Shown: positions 1-15,893 of the stretch, piece by piece | Layout: every line of letters begins with the position of its first letter | Position numbering within the stretch: the first letter of the stretch is position 1 | Assembly (NCBI RefSeq): GCF_009914755.1 | Contig: NC_060931.1 | Length of the DNA stretch: 64,000 bases | Reading direction: 5' to 3' (one strand) | From: the human T2T-CHM13v2.0 reference genome, Homo sapiens | Position numbers and translations under genes: made by a program | Notes under the pieces: model-generated | Told to the model about the DNA's origin: nothing | The model's database searches: none | Seen by the model: the letters and a program-made list of their open reading frames with translations, nothing else

Positions 1-269
1 TCTTCCCTTGATCCTTCCCCTCAGCCTTTAAAACTCCTAGACCTTAAAACACTCTCTGCGATCTGACAGCCCTTCAAACCAATATACTCCCTATCTCTCT
101 CTCTCCCCTGGTTCAATGACAAGATTTTTGGCCAACTTCTGTCTACTCGGACCTTGCTATTATTTCCTACTAGGGACCCACAAACCCTTGCTTGTTAAAC
201 TGATCTCCTTCAAGACTGAAGAAAAGCGCGATGCGCCTCCCTCCTAGGGCTCTCCTGACCTCTCCTTAC

Positions 270-589
270 CGATGCAGAGTGGTTCTGCTGGGGAACCACC
301 GCGCCTGCAGTTCGTGCACCTCTTCCCGGAGCTGCGCCAGGGAATTACAGACGAACTGGAAGGGGCCGAGAAGGGCCTTGGCCACCACCTTTAGCTCCAA
401 GCCTTTTCGCTTTTTCAGATTTGGGATCCTCCCCGGGGAGGACCTCCTGGCGCCCCCCGGCAGTTTCCCGCCGCCTAGGGCCGACTTTTCCACCTCCCGC
501 TCCCGGGCGGGGGAGGCCCCGCAGGGCCGCTTAGACGGGCTGGGGCGGGAAGATTGCAGCGGCTTTGGGCTTACTCCTTGTTTCTTCAT
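270..589 (-). pseudogene. DPY19L2P2: First coding-exon homologue of a DPY19L2 paralogue (probably DPY19L2P2)
   Basis: Translates [14 protein letters not shown]...[11 protein letters not shown]...[28 protein letters not shown], which resembles the DPY19L2 N-terminus. Donor CG|gtaagg at 270/269. Paralogue assigned from adjacency to PMPCB (recalled). Confidence 0.88.
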
Positions 590-692
590 AATTCCTAGTG
601 GAGCTGGGTCAATTTCAGGCACAGCCCAGCCGAGTCAGGCGAGGTCCAGAAAGGCCTGACTCGCCTGGCAGCCTCAACGGACTTGTCCCCGC

Positions 693-728
693 AGCCGTTG
701 ACGAGCCGTTGACTAGCCGTTGACTAGC
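693..728. repeat. 11-bp tandem repeat (AGCCGTTGACK) x3
   Basis: agccgttgacg agccgttgact agccgttgact agc. Confidence 0.95.
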
Positions 729-2297
729 GGACCTCCTGGTCGTCATGGCGACTGTGAAATGTAGGGTGGGGCGCATGCGTTGGAAGCCATTCGCGCGGGC
801 AGTCCCTGCGTGTCCCCCCACGTGCTCCCCAGCGCGCGCAGCACCCCCGCCTCCGCGCTTCCCCGAGCGTGCAGCTTCCGGTGAGGGCAGCCCCACGCAC
901 AGCCCCCCACACCCTCCCCAGCGCCTGCAGACTTCGGTGCGCGCAGTTCCTAAGCCCACATGCGCAGTTCTCACCTTGCGCGCAGCCTCACGTACAGCCC
1001 CCGACAGGCTCCCAGCCCCACTGGCGCAGAACCCATCACCGCTTGCCCTTCACGCGCTTCATTGGGAGTGCAGCCCCCACCCCGAGCGCACAGCTCCACG
1101 CAGCCTCTCCACACTCTCCCCAGCGCCTGCAGCACCCGCAGTGCGCACAGCTCCGCCAGTAGCTTCCCCGCGCGCCGCCCCTGCACCGCTTCGGGCCATA
1201 ACCTTGCTGGCGACTAAGTCTGAAGAACTTCCCGTGGTTTCATTCTTTTCTTCGCGTTTAGTCTTAGCTCTGACATTTTAACCAAAAGGTTACACGTTAA
1301 TTAACGAGGTATTGAAGGGGAAGATCTCAGCTGAAAGAAATGACTGTAGGAAGTGTGTCAGGGAAGCCAACGGAACCGCCGGCCCGCCGGTGGTGCTCCG
1401 GGCATTAGGAACGTCTCTGCTCTCCTACGATCGCTGAGGTATCGGACAGTCAGTGCCCGTTGCCAACACGGAGGGAACGGGCCGAGACTGCGGGCAACAC
1501 GTGGCAGAGCCGGCGTGAGTCTGGTGGGTCTGATCCCAGAGCCTCAGGTTGACGCCCCTTCCTTGGCACGGGACAGCGTTTACTGAATCTTAGGGGAAAA
1601 TGCTTTTCCAATAAGGTTCCTCAGAAGTCATCAGCCCTAGGAGCGGTGTGCTCAAGCGCTTTCAGCACCAGCCAGGACCAACTAAGAGGGGAGCGCTTAG
1701 CTCCCAGTCACCGCACAGCCCTACAAGAGGCCAAAGCGGCTGGCACAGATGCACTGGGGCCACTGACATTTTCCATGTCCTCTGTCACGGGCCACATGCT
1801 GGAGCCCACACCGCTTCACTTTCCATCTGTTTGATGATGGATCAAATTGAACTCCCATATCCTAACTGACCAGTCTAAAGCATGGCTCATTGTGGCCAGG
1901 TTAATTTTTCCTGATGCAACACAGCACAAAAATGTTCGTGGCCCACAAGTCAAGTCCTAGGCTTGCTCACCAATGCCTTCAATATTTGCCCAATATACCT
2001 TTTCAACTTTAATTTCCCACTTCCTCGGGCACAAAATCTTCCATCTCAGTCATTTCAGGTGAAGTCCACAGCCTGAGACATCATAACTGCTGAATTCCTT
2101 TATTCATGTGGAAAAGCCATCCCTTGGCTTTTACATCCTTTTCTCCCTGCCCATCTGAATGCTGTCACCTTCCAAGCCCCAGCCCATTTCTCCAGCCCAT
2201 ATTAATTATGCTTTTTCTCCAGCCCATATAATTATGCAATATATTCTTGCATTATCTTATCATCTTTGAAACAGAGATGCCTCATGATTTAGCTTTT

Positions 2298-3086
2298 ATA
2301 TATATATGTTTTTATTATACTTTAAGTTCTAGGGTACACGTGCACAACGTGCAGGTTTGTTACATATGTATACATGTGCCATGTTGGTGTGCTGCACCCA
2401 TTAACTCAACATTTACATTAGGTATATCTCCTAATGCTATCCCTCCCCGCTCCCCCCACCCCACGACAGGCCCCGGTGTGTGATGTTCCCCTTCCTGTGT
2501 CCAAGTGTTCTCATTGTTCAATTCCCACCTGTGAGTGAGAACATGCGGTGTTTGATTTTTTGTCCTTGTGACACTTTGCTGAGAATGCTGGTTTCCAGCT
2601 TCATCCATGTCCCTACAAAGGACATGAACTCATCATTTTTTATGGCTGCAGAGTATTCCATGGTGTATATGTGCCACATTTTCTTAATCCAGTCTATCAT
2701 TGATGGACATTTGGGTTGGTTCCAAGTCTTTGCTATTGTGAATTGTGCCGCAATAAACATATGTGTGCATGTGTCTTTATAGCAGCATGATTTATAATCC
2801 TTTGGGCATATACCCAGTAATGGGATGGCTGGGTCAAATGGTATTTCTACTTCTAGATCCCTGAGGAATCGCCACACTGACTTCCACAATGGTTGAACTA
2901 GTTTACAGTCCCACCAATAGTGTAAAAGTGTTCCTATTTCTCCACATCCTCTCCAGCACCTGTTGTTTCCTGACTTTTTAATGATCGCCATTCTAACTGG
3001 TGTGAGATAGTATCTCATTGTGGTTTTGATTTGCATTTCTCTAATGGCCAGTGATGATGAGCATTTTTTCATGTGTCGGCTGCATA
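2298..3086 (-). mobile_element. 5'-truncated L1PA (ORF2 C-terminus + 3'UTR)
   Basis: ORF 2518-3072 is L1 ORF2 C-terminus ([13 protein letters not shown]...); L1PA 3'UTR; ATTTAGCTTTT at both ends (2287-2297, 3089-3099). Confidence 0.95.
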
Positions 3087-3095
3087 TTATTTAGC

Positions 3096-3380
3096 TTTTT
3101 TTTTTTTTCTCAAGATAGGGTCTCACTGTCACACAGGCTAAAGTGTGATGGTGCTCACTGAAACCTTGAACTCCTGGGCTCAAGGTATCCTCCTGCCTCA
3201 GCCTCCTGAGTAGCAAGGACTACAGGTGCAGGCCACCACACACAGCTAATTTGTTTATTTTTGTAGAGATGGGGTATCACTATGTTGCCCAGGCTGGTCT
3301 AAAACTCCTAGCCTCAAGCATTCATGCCGCCTCTGCCTCCCAAAGTATTGGGATTACAGGTATGAGCCACTGCACCTGGC
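3096..3380 (-). mobile_element. Alu (AluJ-like)
   Basis: Poly-T followed by a diverged reverse Alu body. Confidence 0.9.
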
Positions 3381-5206
3381 TGCAAATTATCTGTCTTACA
3401 TAGAGATCTCTAATCCGGTTATGGATACCTAAAACTTGCCTCAGTTTTTCCTTTGTCTTTTAGTAAAACAATTGGGAATTTTAAAAAATGCAATTAAACT
3501 ATGTAACCAGCAGATGGCAATAATGATCTGTAAATCAAAATTTCAAAACTTAGTTACTTATTAAATTCATTCTTTAAAAAAAATCACTGTTCTTATAATA
3601 AATCCATTTACTAAATATGAAATGTAGGAAAATTCCAAATGTAACCCCACATAAAAATTACATTGCATATTTCATATGTCAAAATAATTAAGATATTCAT
3701 CATGGCCAAGATTTAGTTTTCCAAATAATAATGACTTTGTTTTAATTGATTCGAATAATTTATTAGATTTAAAGTTTTAACTTTGCACAAATACATATAT
3801 ATAATTTAAGTGGATAGTTAAGTTCCATCTCTAGCCTCCAGGCTAGATAGAGGTAGTTTAGCAAAGACCATTTTGAAAACATTACAAACTTTTCCGGTTA
3901 TAATTTGGTAATTTAAAATGTGAATTTCACTTTAATTGAAACTTTCTGCATAAAAGATTGGTTTTTATTTGTGCTGTCTCATAATTTCTTATGCATTAAG
4001 ATACTTTTCCCCCTTTGTACAGTGCAAGGAGTTGGAATTGGCACCAAAGTATTAGTCTCTACTTTATCAGCATTAGTTATTCCCAAAGATGGTGGCAAAA
4101 TTCTTAGGATCTCATAGTTATTTTATTTAGTAATTTTATTTATTTTCATTATACCTTTCTAAGACTTTTTCTACAAATTCAAACATGAAATACATCCTTT
4201 GTTTAATTTTGTAGCTCCATTTTTGCCTTCGAAAAATAGGATAGCCATAGGTATGTTCTTCTTGGAGCTTACTTATTTTCTAGGTAATTTCAAATGGTCT
4301 GCTTATAAATGTTAAAAGATCCTTTCAAATTCTTCTTCAGCAAGTTGCCTCCACTAAAAAAGTGTCTTTGGACATGTGTATTTTATAAAACAACTGCTTC
4401 AGTCTAAAACCTTTCTTGGATTTACATATCTTGGATTGACTCATTTTTAAATAGCATATTTGCTGCTATCGAATTACTTTACAGAGCCTCTTTAAATTCA
4501 TATTGGATGCAGGTCTTCATCAAGGAGAAAGTGGAAAGACACCAACTTGCCGTGAAGCATACAGCAAGTTTAGATGTAAATGCATCTGTAAGTGATACTT
4601 TGCACAATGCTGTCTTTTGGACTATGGAAGAAAGGCATCTGTAATAACAAGTTGGAATTTCCAAGAGTTCCAATCTATTTTCTGTGTCCATGAGGGGGCT
4701 ATCCACTCCCCACTCCTAACCCCCCAAAAAAACCCCAAAACCAAAAAACTAGAGCTCTGTAAGCCACCCATGCCCTGGTAGTGTAGTGCTCCAGGCCTAT
4801 GTCAGATACGACATACCTTAAAAACAACTCCAGGCCTTTATCAGATAAGACATGCCTTATGAAGGCGTGTCTTATTCAAAGGGAGGGAGGTGATCCATAA
4901 ATTAATTGGGAGATTCTTTCAGCTCCAAGTAGAGAGACTGCACAATTGCATAGTATATGCACATTCATTTGAACCAGATTGGTACTCAGTTATCACTGTT
5001 AAATGACTTAACCAACATATACACAACTATACTTATATACATGTACCACATCCCCAAATCTACAAAATCCATTTTTCCCTGGATTTGATGGTAATATACC
5101 ATGTACAAACTCCATCATATTGAGATTATTTTTATTTACCACCAAAGTAACTAATATAAGAATTACTACATTCAATATCAATAAGCAAAAGCCTCTACTA
5201 TATTAG

Positions 5207-5453
5207 TCCATTTTCCCCATTTAGTAAAAAAAAAAGTGCAGCTTGCTGCCAGTGCTCATTTAGTTGTACATAAACACTTTATTTGATGCTGAAGCAAATC
5301 TGACTGATTTTCAACATGAAAATGAAATATAAAAACTGTTCTTAGAGTTATTTATAAACAGAATTTGTCTCTAATCCTAATGTAACAGAAATGTAGATGA
5401 TGATGTTACAGTAGGATTAGAGATGAGTATTTTTGGGGCAAACAGGAAATGAT
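5207..5453 (-). mobile_element. MER75B-like piggyBac non-autonomous element
   Basis: Matches recalled MER75 body (gaagcaaatctgactgattttcaa, gcagcttgctgccagtgctcattt); inverted ends; TTAG/TTAA flanks; internal 20-bp palindrome. Confidence 0.8.
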
Positions 5454-6479
5454 TTAAAGAATGAGTTTCAGAATATTTATGGGCAGATTAAATGCAAAAC
5501 ATAGTAAAAGTGCCAATGATACATAATGAATCTGTGTGCTGTATTTTACATAATATAATATTTTAGGTTGATTTAAGATGGAACTTTGATTATAATATAG
5601 AGTTGAAGATATATCACTAGACTAGGCCCAGTGTGCTTTGGCCAATTTACTTTGTTTCTCTAGTTCTGATTTCCTCAACTATAAAATACTTTGGATGACA
5701 TGGCCTAAATAAGGTCTTTTAAACTTATTTGATTCTAGTTGGTATTTGTACAAATATTTAGGTAGATGCACCTGCTAAGTCATACAGTGGCCTGTACTAA
5801 GATCTCTTTTTACCACTTTTTTCCTTCCCTCCTCCTCTGCCTCCAGCTGTGTGTTCAGACTCCACCCTGAGGGTCTTACTCTGCAATCTATCCCACAGTT
5901 TGTCCTCTAGTACCTACACTTGTCATTGCCCACCCAGAGGGCTGAGCTCATCTCTCTCTCATCTCTTCGGCCCAGCCCCAACCTGGCCTCCCCCTTATCC
6001 CTGAACTTTATTCCTCTGATTCCTTCTCACCTCCACTGCCCAGTCTCTAAGTAGGGTGGGCCTCCTTGTTCCTATTTTCTAATTACTTCTATCTACCAGT
6101 AGCCTAAATGGCAACTAGAAAATAAGGAGGAGAGTGAGACAGCCCTAAATAAATAATAAGTGTTTATATCAAGACCACCAGACTTGTTGGGGTCAGCAGA
6201 GCTCTGCTTTCGCATAGGTATGGACCCATCCCCTAAAGATAAATATGAAACTTTAAAACGCTCTCATCTTTGGTACCATCCATTGAAACCCTTTTTGAGA
6301 TACTTATTGGTGACAATTTATAATCCATTAGTAGAAAAACCATCGAGTTTTGCAGCTTTCATATTTCTTAATTAAGGCTGTATACCTGGGTTCAAAAAAA
6401 GCAAGGTAGACTTTTTTTAAAAAATTAAAATTTGGAAATATTTAAAGGGCTAGTGCGGTGTCTTAGTTATAAGTGTTAA

Positions 6480-9110
6480 CAGAATTTAAATCTTCACTAT
6501 TCCTAAAAGAAACCCCATACATACTTGCAGTCATTTCCATTCCTCCCTCCTTCCAACCTCTGGCATGCACTAATTTTCCATCTCTATGGATATTTCTATG
6601 CTGGACATTTCACATGCATGGGATCATATAACATGTAATCCTTTTTGACCAGCTTCTTTCTCTTAGCATCCTGTTTTCAAGGTTCATCCATGCTGTAACA
6701 TTTATCGTACTTCATTTTTTATAGCTGAATAATCTTCCATTATATTGATATGCCACATTTTATTTATCCATTTGTCAGTTGATGGGCATTTGGGTTGTCT
6801 CCACTTTTTGCCTATCATGAATGATGCTGCTATGAACATTTGTGTACGGGTTTTTGTGTGGACATATCTCTTCATTTTTCCTGGGTGTACACCTAGGAGT
6901 GGAATTGCTGGGTCATATAGTAAGTAACCTTTTTTTATCCTTTTCACCAATGGCCAGACTACACCATTTTATATTCTTACCGACAATATATAAGGGTTCC
7001 AATTTCTCCACATCCTTGCCAACTTGTTATTGTAATTATAATTATAGCCATCGCAGTGGTTGTTAAGCGGTATCTCATTGTTGTTGTTGTTTTACTAAGA
7101 GGCTATTTTTAGAGCAGTTTTAGGTTTACAGAACAATCGAGTAGAAAATCTAGAAGTCCCGTATATCCCCTCTCCCCCACACTGGCAGTCTCCGCTATTA
7201 TTAAACTATTGCATTATTGTAGTGCATTAGTTACAATTGATGAATCAATATTGGTGCATTATTGACCAAAAAGTCCATAGTTTACATTGTAGCTTACTCT
7301 GAGTTGCAAAGTAGTATGAGTTTTGACAAATGCATGATTTCATGTGTCTGCTACTACAGTAGCATCACAGAGTTATTTCACTGGCCTAAGTATCACCTGT
7401 GCGCCATCCCTTCATTTCTCCCTCTTTCCCCCCAAACCGTGGAAACCACCAATCTTTTTACCATCTCTGTAATTTTGCCTTTTCCAGAATGTCATATAAT
7501 TAGAACCACCCAGTGTATAGCTCATTTTTCACTAGCAATATGTATTTGAGATTCCTCCAAGTCTTTTCACAGCTTGATAGTACATTTCTTTCTATTGTTG
7601 AAAAATATTCCATTGTATGGATAATGGATGTACCACAGACTGTTCATCCATTACCTATTGAAGGACATCTTAGTTCTAAGTTTTGGCAATTATGAATAAA
7701 GCTGCTGTCAACAGTCATGTGCAGATTTTTAAGTGGACATAAAACTTTAACTCACTTGGGTACATACCCGGGAACATACTTGCTAGATCATATGATAAGA
7801 CTATGCTGGTTTTGAAAGGAATTGACAAACTATCTTTTTAAATGGCTGTACCACTTTGCATTCCACCAGCAATGAATGAGAGTTCCTATTGCTCCACATC
7901 CTCACCAGCATTAGCATTGCTAGTGTTTTGAATTTTAGCTCTTCTAATTGGTATGTAGTTGTAGCTCATGTTTTAATTTGCGACTCCCTAATCACATGTG
8001 ATGTTGAGCATCTTTTCATATGCTTATTTGCCATCTGTATATCTTTAAGTATCTGTTCAGAGAGATCCTTTGCCCATAATTTGTCTTTTCCTTACTGTTG
8101 AGTTTTAAGAGCTCTTTGTATATTTGAAATACGAATCCTTTATCCGATATGTGTTTTTGCAAATATTTACTCCGAGTGTGGCTAGTCATTTTATTCTCTT
8201 AACAATATTTTTCACAGAAGTTTTTAATTTTCATGCAGTCCATCATGTTAATTTTTTTGTTAATGGATTGTACTTTTGGTGTTGTACCTAAAACACCAAA
8301 ACTACCTAGATTTTCTCCTGTTACTTTCTAGAAGTTTTATAGTTTTGCATTTTGTATTTAAGTCTATGATCCATTTAAGTTAATTTTTGCAAAAGATTTA
8401 AGGTCTGTGTTTGGACTTATTATTTTACATGTGGATATTCAGTTGTTCTAGTACCATTTGTTGAAAAGATTATTATTTCTCCACTGAATTGCCTTTGTTC
8501 CATTGTCAAAGGTCATTTAACTATATTTATGTGGGCCTAGTTCTGGGCTCTCTGTTCCATTTATCTAATTGTCTATTCTCTTGCCAATAGTACACTGTCT
8601 TTATTACTATAGTTCTGTAGTAAGTTTTGAAGTTGGGTAGTGTAAGTCCTCTGACTGTTTTTCCTCTTTAATACTGTGTTGGCTATTTTGGGTTTTCTGC
8701 CTTTAAATAAACCTTAGAATCAGTTTGTTCTTAGCCACAAGTAACTGGCTGGAATTTTGGTTGTGTTTGCATTGAATATATAGATCAAGTTGGGAAGAAC
8801 AGACATCCTCACAATATTGAGTCTACCTATCCATGAACACGGACTATCTCTCCATTTATTTAGATCTTCTTTGATTTATTTCGTCAAAGTTTTGTAGTTT
8901 ACCTTATATAGCTTTTGTGAATATTTTGTTTAAACCTATTTGTTCTTTTTTCTTTTATTAGTGATGATATATCTGTTTATTTCAAATTCCAATTGTTCAT
9001 TTCTGGTATATAGGAAAGCAACGGTCTTTTAAAGTATTAATCTTGTATCCTCTAACCTTGCTATAATTCAACCTTGCCATAATCACTTATTAGATCTATG
9101 AGTTTGTTGA
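6480..9110 (-). mobile_element. Old L1M fragments (two 3' ends, L1MB/L1MC-like)
   Basis: Degenerate ORF2 C-terminus (YDPAIPLLG...WRQPKCPS) and L1M 3'UTR motifs; second element starts near 7085. Confidence 0.85.
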
Positions 9111-9243
9111 AAGCACATTATTTTCTATTTTTTAAAAATATCAATAAAAATAGGAAGGAAAAGATCCATTAAAACTCCAAACAAACCGAACAAATAAACC
9201 CACTTGTATTGCGCATGAGAAAAACAGGTCAAGATTATTTTGA

Positions 9244-9550
9244 GGCCAGGTGCAGTGGCTCATGTCTGTAATCCCAGCACTTTGGGAGGCCGAGACAGGT
9301 GGATCACCTGAAGTCAGGAGTTTGAGACTAGCCTGGCCAACATGGTGAAACCCTATAGTGTTTTGTCTACTAAAAACACAAACATTACCCAGGCACAGTG
9401 GTGTGTGCCTGTAATCCCAGCTACCCGGGAGGCTGAGGCAGGAGAATTGCTTGACCCAGGAGGCGGAGGTTGTGGTGAGCCGAGATCACGCCACTGCCCT
9501 CCAGCTTGGGTGATAGAGCAAGAGTCTGTCTCAAAAAAGAAAAAAAAAAA
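9244..9550 (+). mobile_element. AluS
   Basis: Full dimer with A-tail; target-site duplication (TSD) AAGATTATTTTGAG. Confidence 0.95.
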
Positions 9551-9743
9551 GATTATTTTGAGGGCCCAGATCACTCTGGATTTTGGACAATGGGGCACCT
9601 TTGAAGTGATGTAATCTTCCCCCCAGCATTTTAGTATCACTTTGGACTGGTCAGGAATGAGTTAGAGGAGGGAAAGAGGCAATGCTGAGAAGCCAGGTAG
9701 GAGGCTGGTTTTAATTGTCTGGATCGTAAGTGATGGTGGTTTA

Positions 9744-10246
<503 letters not shown>

Positions 10247-10323
10247 TTAAGTGGTATTTTTTTTTTTCTTTTCTGTCTATCCTTGTCTAGTTGGTAGGAC
10301 ATATTGAAAGAGACTGGCAATAA

Positions 10324-10671
<348 letters not shown>

Positions 10672-10694
10672 CACTTTTGGAGATTAAATAGGGT

Positions 10695-11187
10695 ATTTGT
10701 CTATATTGCTGCATTATAAGTTAACATGAGCCTAGTGGCTTATGGTATTTCACAGTTTTCATGGGTCAAGAGTCCGAGAATGGGTCCTTTGCTCAGGGTC
10801 TCACAAAGCTGCAATCAATGCATCAGCCAGGGCTGGGGTCTTATCTAAGGTTTGGGGTCCTCTTCAAAGTTCACAAAGCTGTTGGAAGAATTCATTTCCT
10901 GGCAGCTGTAGAACTCCTGGTGGCTTGCTTCTTTAAGGCCAGCAGGGAGAATCTCTTACCTCTAGATCTTCTAACAAAGGGTTCAACTGATTAGGTAAAG
11001 TCCACCCAGGATAACCTCCTAGGTGATTAACTTAAAGTCAATTGATTAGGAGCTTTCTTGACATTTGAAAAATCCCTTCACCTTTGCTGTATAATGTAAC
11101 CTAATCATAGGAATAAGATTCCATAGGGAGGGGATTATAAAGGGGCTTCGATTATTGGGGGACATCTTAGAATTCTGCCTATCACAA
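10695..11187. mobile_element. MLT1-family (MaLR) solo LTR
   Basis: Recalled MLT1 motifs (gttggaagaattcatttcctggcagctgtag; end ggacatcttagaattctgcctatcaca). Confidence 0.75.
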
Positions 11188-12298
11188 ACTAAAACTAAAA
11201 AGAGATCAATAATAGAAGAGTTTCATGCCACCCTATAGATTTGATGGGAATTAAAAAAAATACTTTTACCATTAAATTTCTACTGCAAGATAAGAGCTCT
11301 CCACCCAAAACTAGTGAAATCAGCCAGGAGTGAAAAGGGGAGGATGCATGTAGGTGATCCAGGCAGATAGAAAATAGAACTGAGTAGACTACCTTTTCTC
11401 CCTGGAAGTCAATACTAAAGCAATGCTCTAGGTTACTTAATTGGAGAATCACCATCCCTGCATTTTCTGAATCTCCTATTATGTTTTCAGATACCAGACA
11501 ACTGAGCGGATGTTGAAAATAGGTTCGGTTGACTTCTGTAAGAATTTTATACTCATCTCAATAATAGCATTTTGGGACCCAAGCGATTTGGTATTCTTGA
11601 AAATTTGTGTTGAGATCTTTACTAAAGCTTTCCCTCATGAAATTAGAATCTGGGCTCTGTTCCCTTTCCCCCGCTTCCACCTTACCAAGCCTCTTGCTAA
11701 AGGTACCCCTGGAGACATCTAGAGCAAGACATTTGTCTAGAAGGCCCTGCTGGTCTCCACAACAGATATACAGAATCTCCAGGAAGGTTTGTAGAATGAA
11801 TGGAAGTTGGGGCAGAAACTCTCAGTACACGTCAATCCAGGGTCAATCAAGGAGCACCAAATAGAGGAATTCTGGAGAACAAAATGAGGAAACAATTCAT
11901 GATTCAACCATCCCAGAAAGACCAGTGAGCACAGAAAGAGCTTCACAATTTGGGATCATCAATGACCATGGGGAAATGAAGTTGATGAAGATAAAAAATC
12001 AGGTTTCACTAGTATCATACAGGCTGGGCTTAGTTTCCTATAGAAGAGATATAGTGGCTTGCATGGGGATAAGTGGGAGTTTTAAAGAAATCCTTGATTA
12101 TATAATAGTTGGTTTCTAATAGGCACAAAGCAGAAGCTTGAAGGATGTGAAATTGTTTGCATAAAGTGCCCATATTTTCTTCTGCTTCTGTCCTCAAGGA
12201 CAAATCAGCTAACCAATAAAGCATATACACACATGGGGAGGGACATATACACTCACTCAAACTCAGAAACATTCAGAACATTAAAAAGTGCACAAGAA

Positions 12299-12728
<430 letters not shown>

Positions 12729-13199
12729 TCAGGGACTGCTTCCTACTCAGTGTAACCTCCATCAAGAGGCAGGAGACAAAAAGGAATAAAGCCGAAGCAC
12801 TTCAATGACACCAGACTATGTACAAAGGCTGCCAGCACCACAGCCAGACACAGGGAGCTACTCAAACTGTCACATTACACATCTCATAGCACACTAATCA
12901 CTCCCTCATCACCAGCAACCATTGTAGATAAGGCTGGATCAGAAACGCTTTATGAAACATGCAAAGATTTTTTTGCTCCAATTCATCTTCAGTTTCCTTT
13001 ATTATGCTATTAATTATGGCCAGATGAACAATTCTGAGATTCTCTTCCTATTTCAATTTGTGTAAGAGCTCTGGTGATGTGTGTGTGTGTACTTGAATGC
13101 ATGACTATAATACATAATTGTCAACAGATAGAAAGCAGTATTCTTCTCCCACTGTCCCCTTCCCATAAAAAGAAAAAGGTTTTGGAAATGTAACCTCAT

Positions 13200-14960
<1,761 letters not shown>

Positions 14961-14999
14961 GTCTTGAGATAATCACAAAAAAAGTAGAGGAAAATGACA

Positions 15000-15893
<894 letters not shown>

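Larger units (their letters stand above)
220..1800. promoter_or_regulatory. CpG island / promoter of the DPY19L2-like copy
   Basis: Very GC- and CpG-rich compared with flanks; spans exon 1 and upstream sequence; edges approximate. Confidence 0.85.

Noticed and set aside
693-728. Short direct repeats as a CRISPR-like array
   Set aside because: No spacers, only 11-bp units, eukaryotic context.
231-1281. Long overlapping ORFs in the CpG island (142, 119 and 178 aa)
   Set aside because: Pro/Ala/Arg-rich and expected from the scarcity of stops in GC-rich DNA; only the minus-strand DPY19L2-like frame is recognisable.
2518-3072. 184-aa ORF as a gene or active L1
   Set aside because: Only the ORF2 C-terminus of a 5'-truncated L1, with no promoter, endonuclease or RT.
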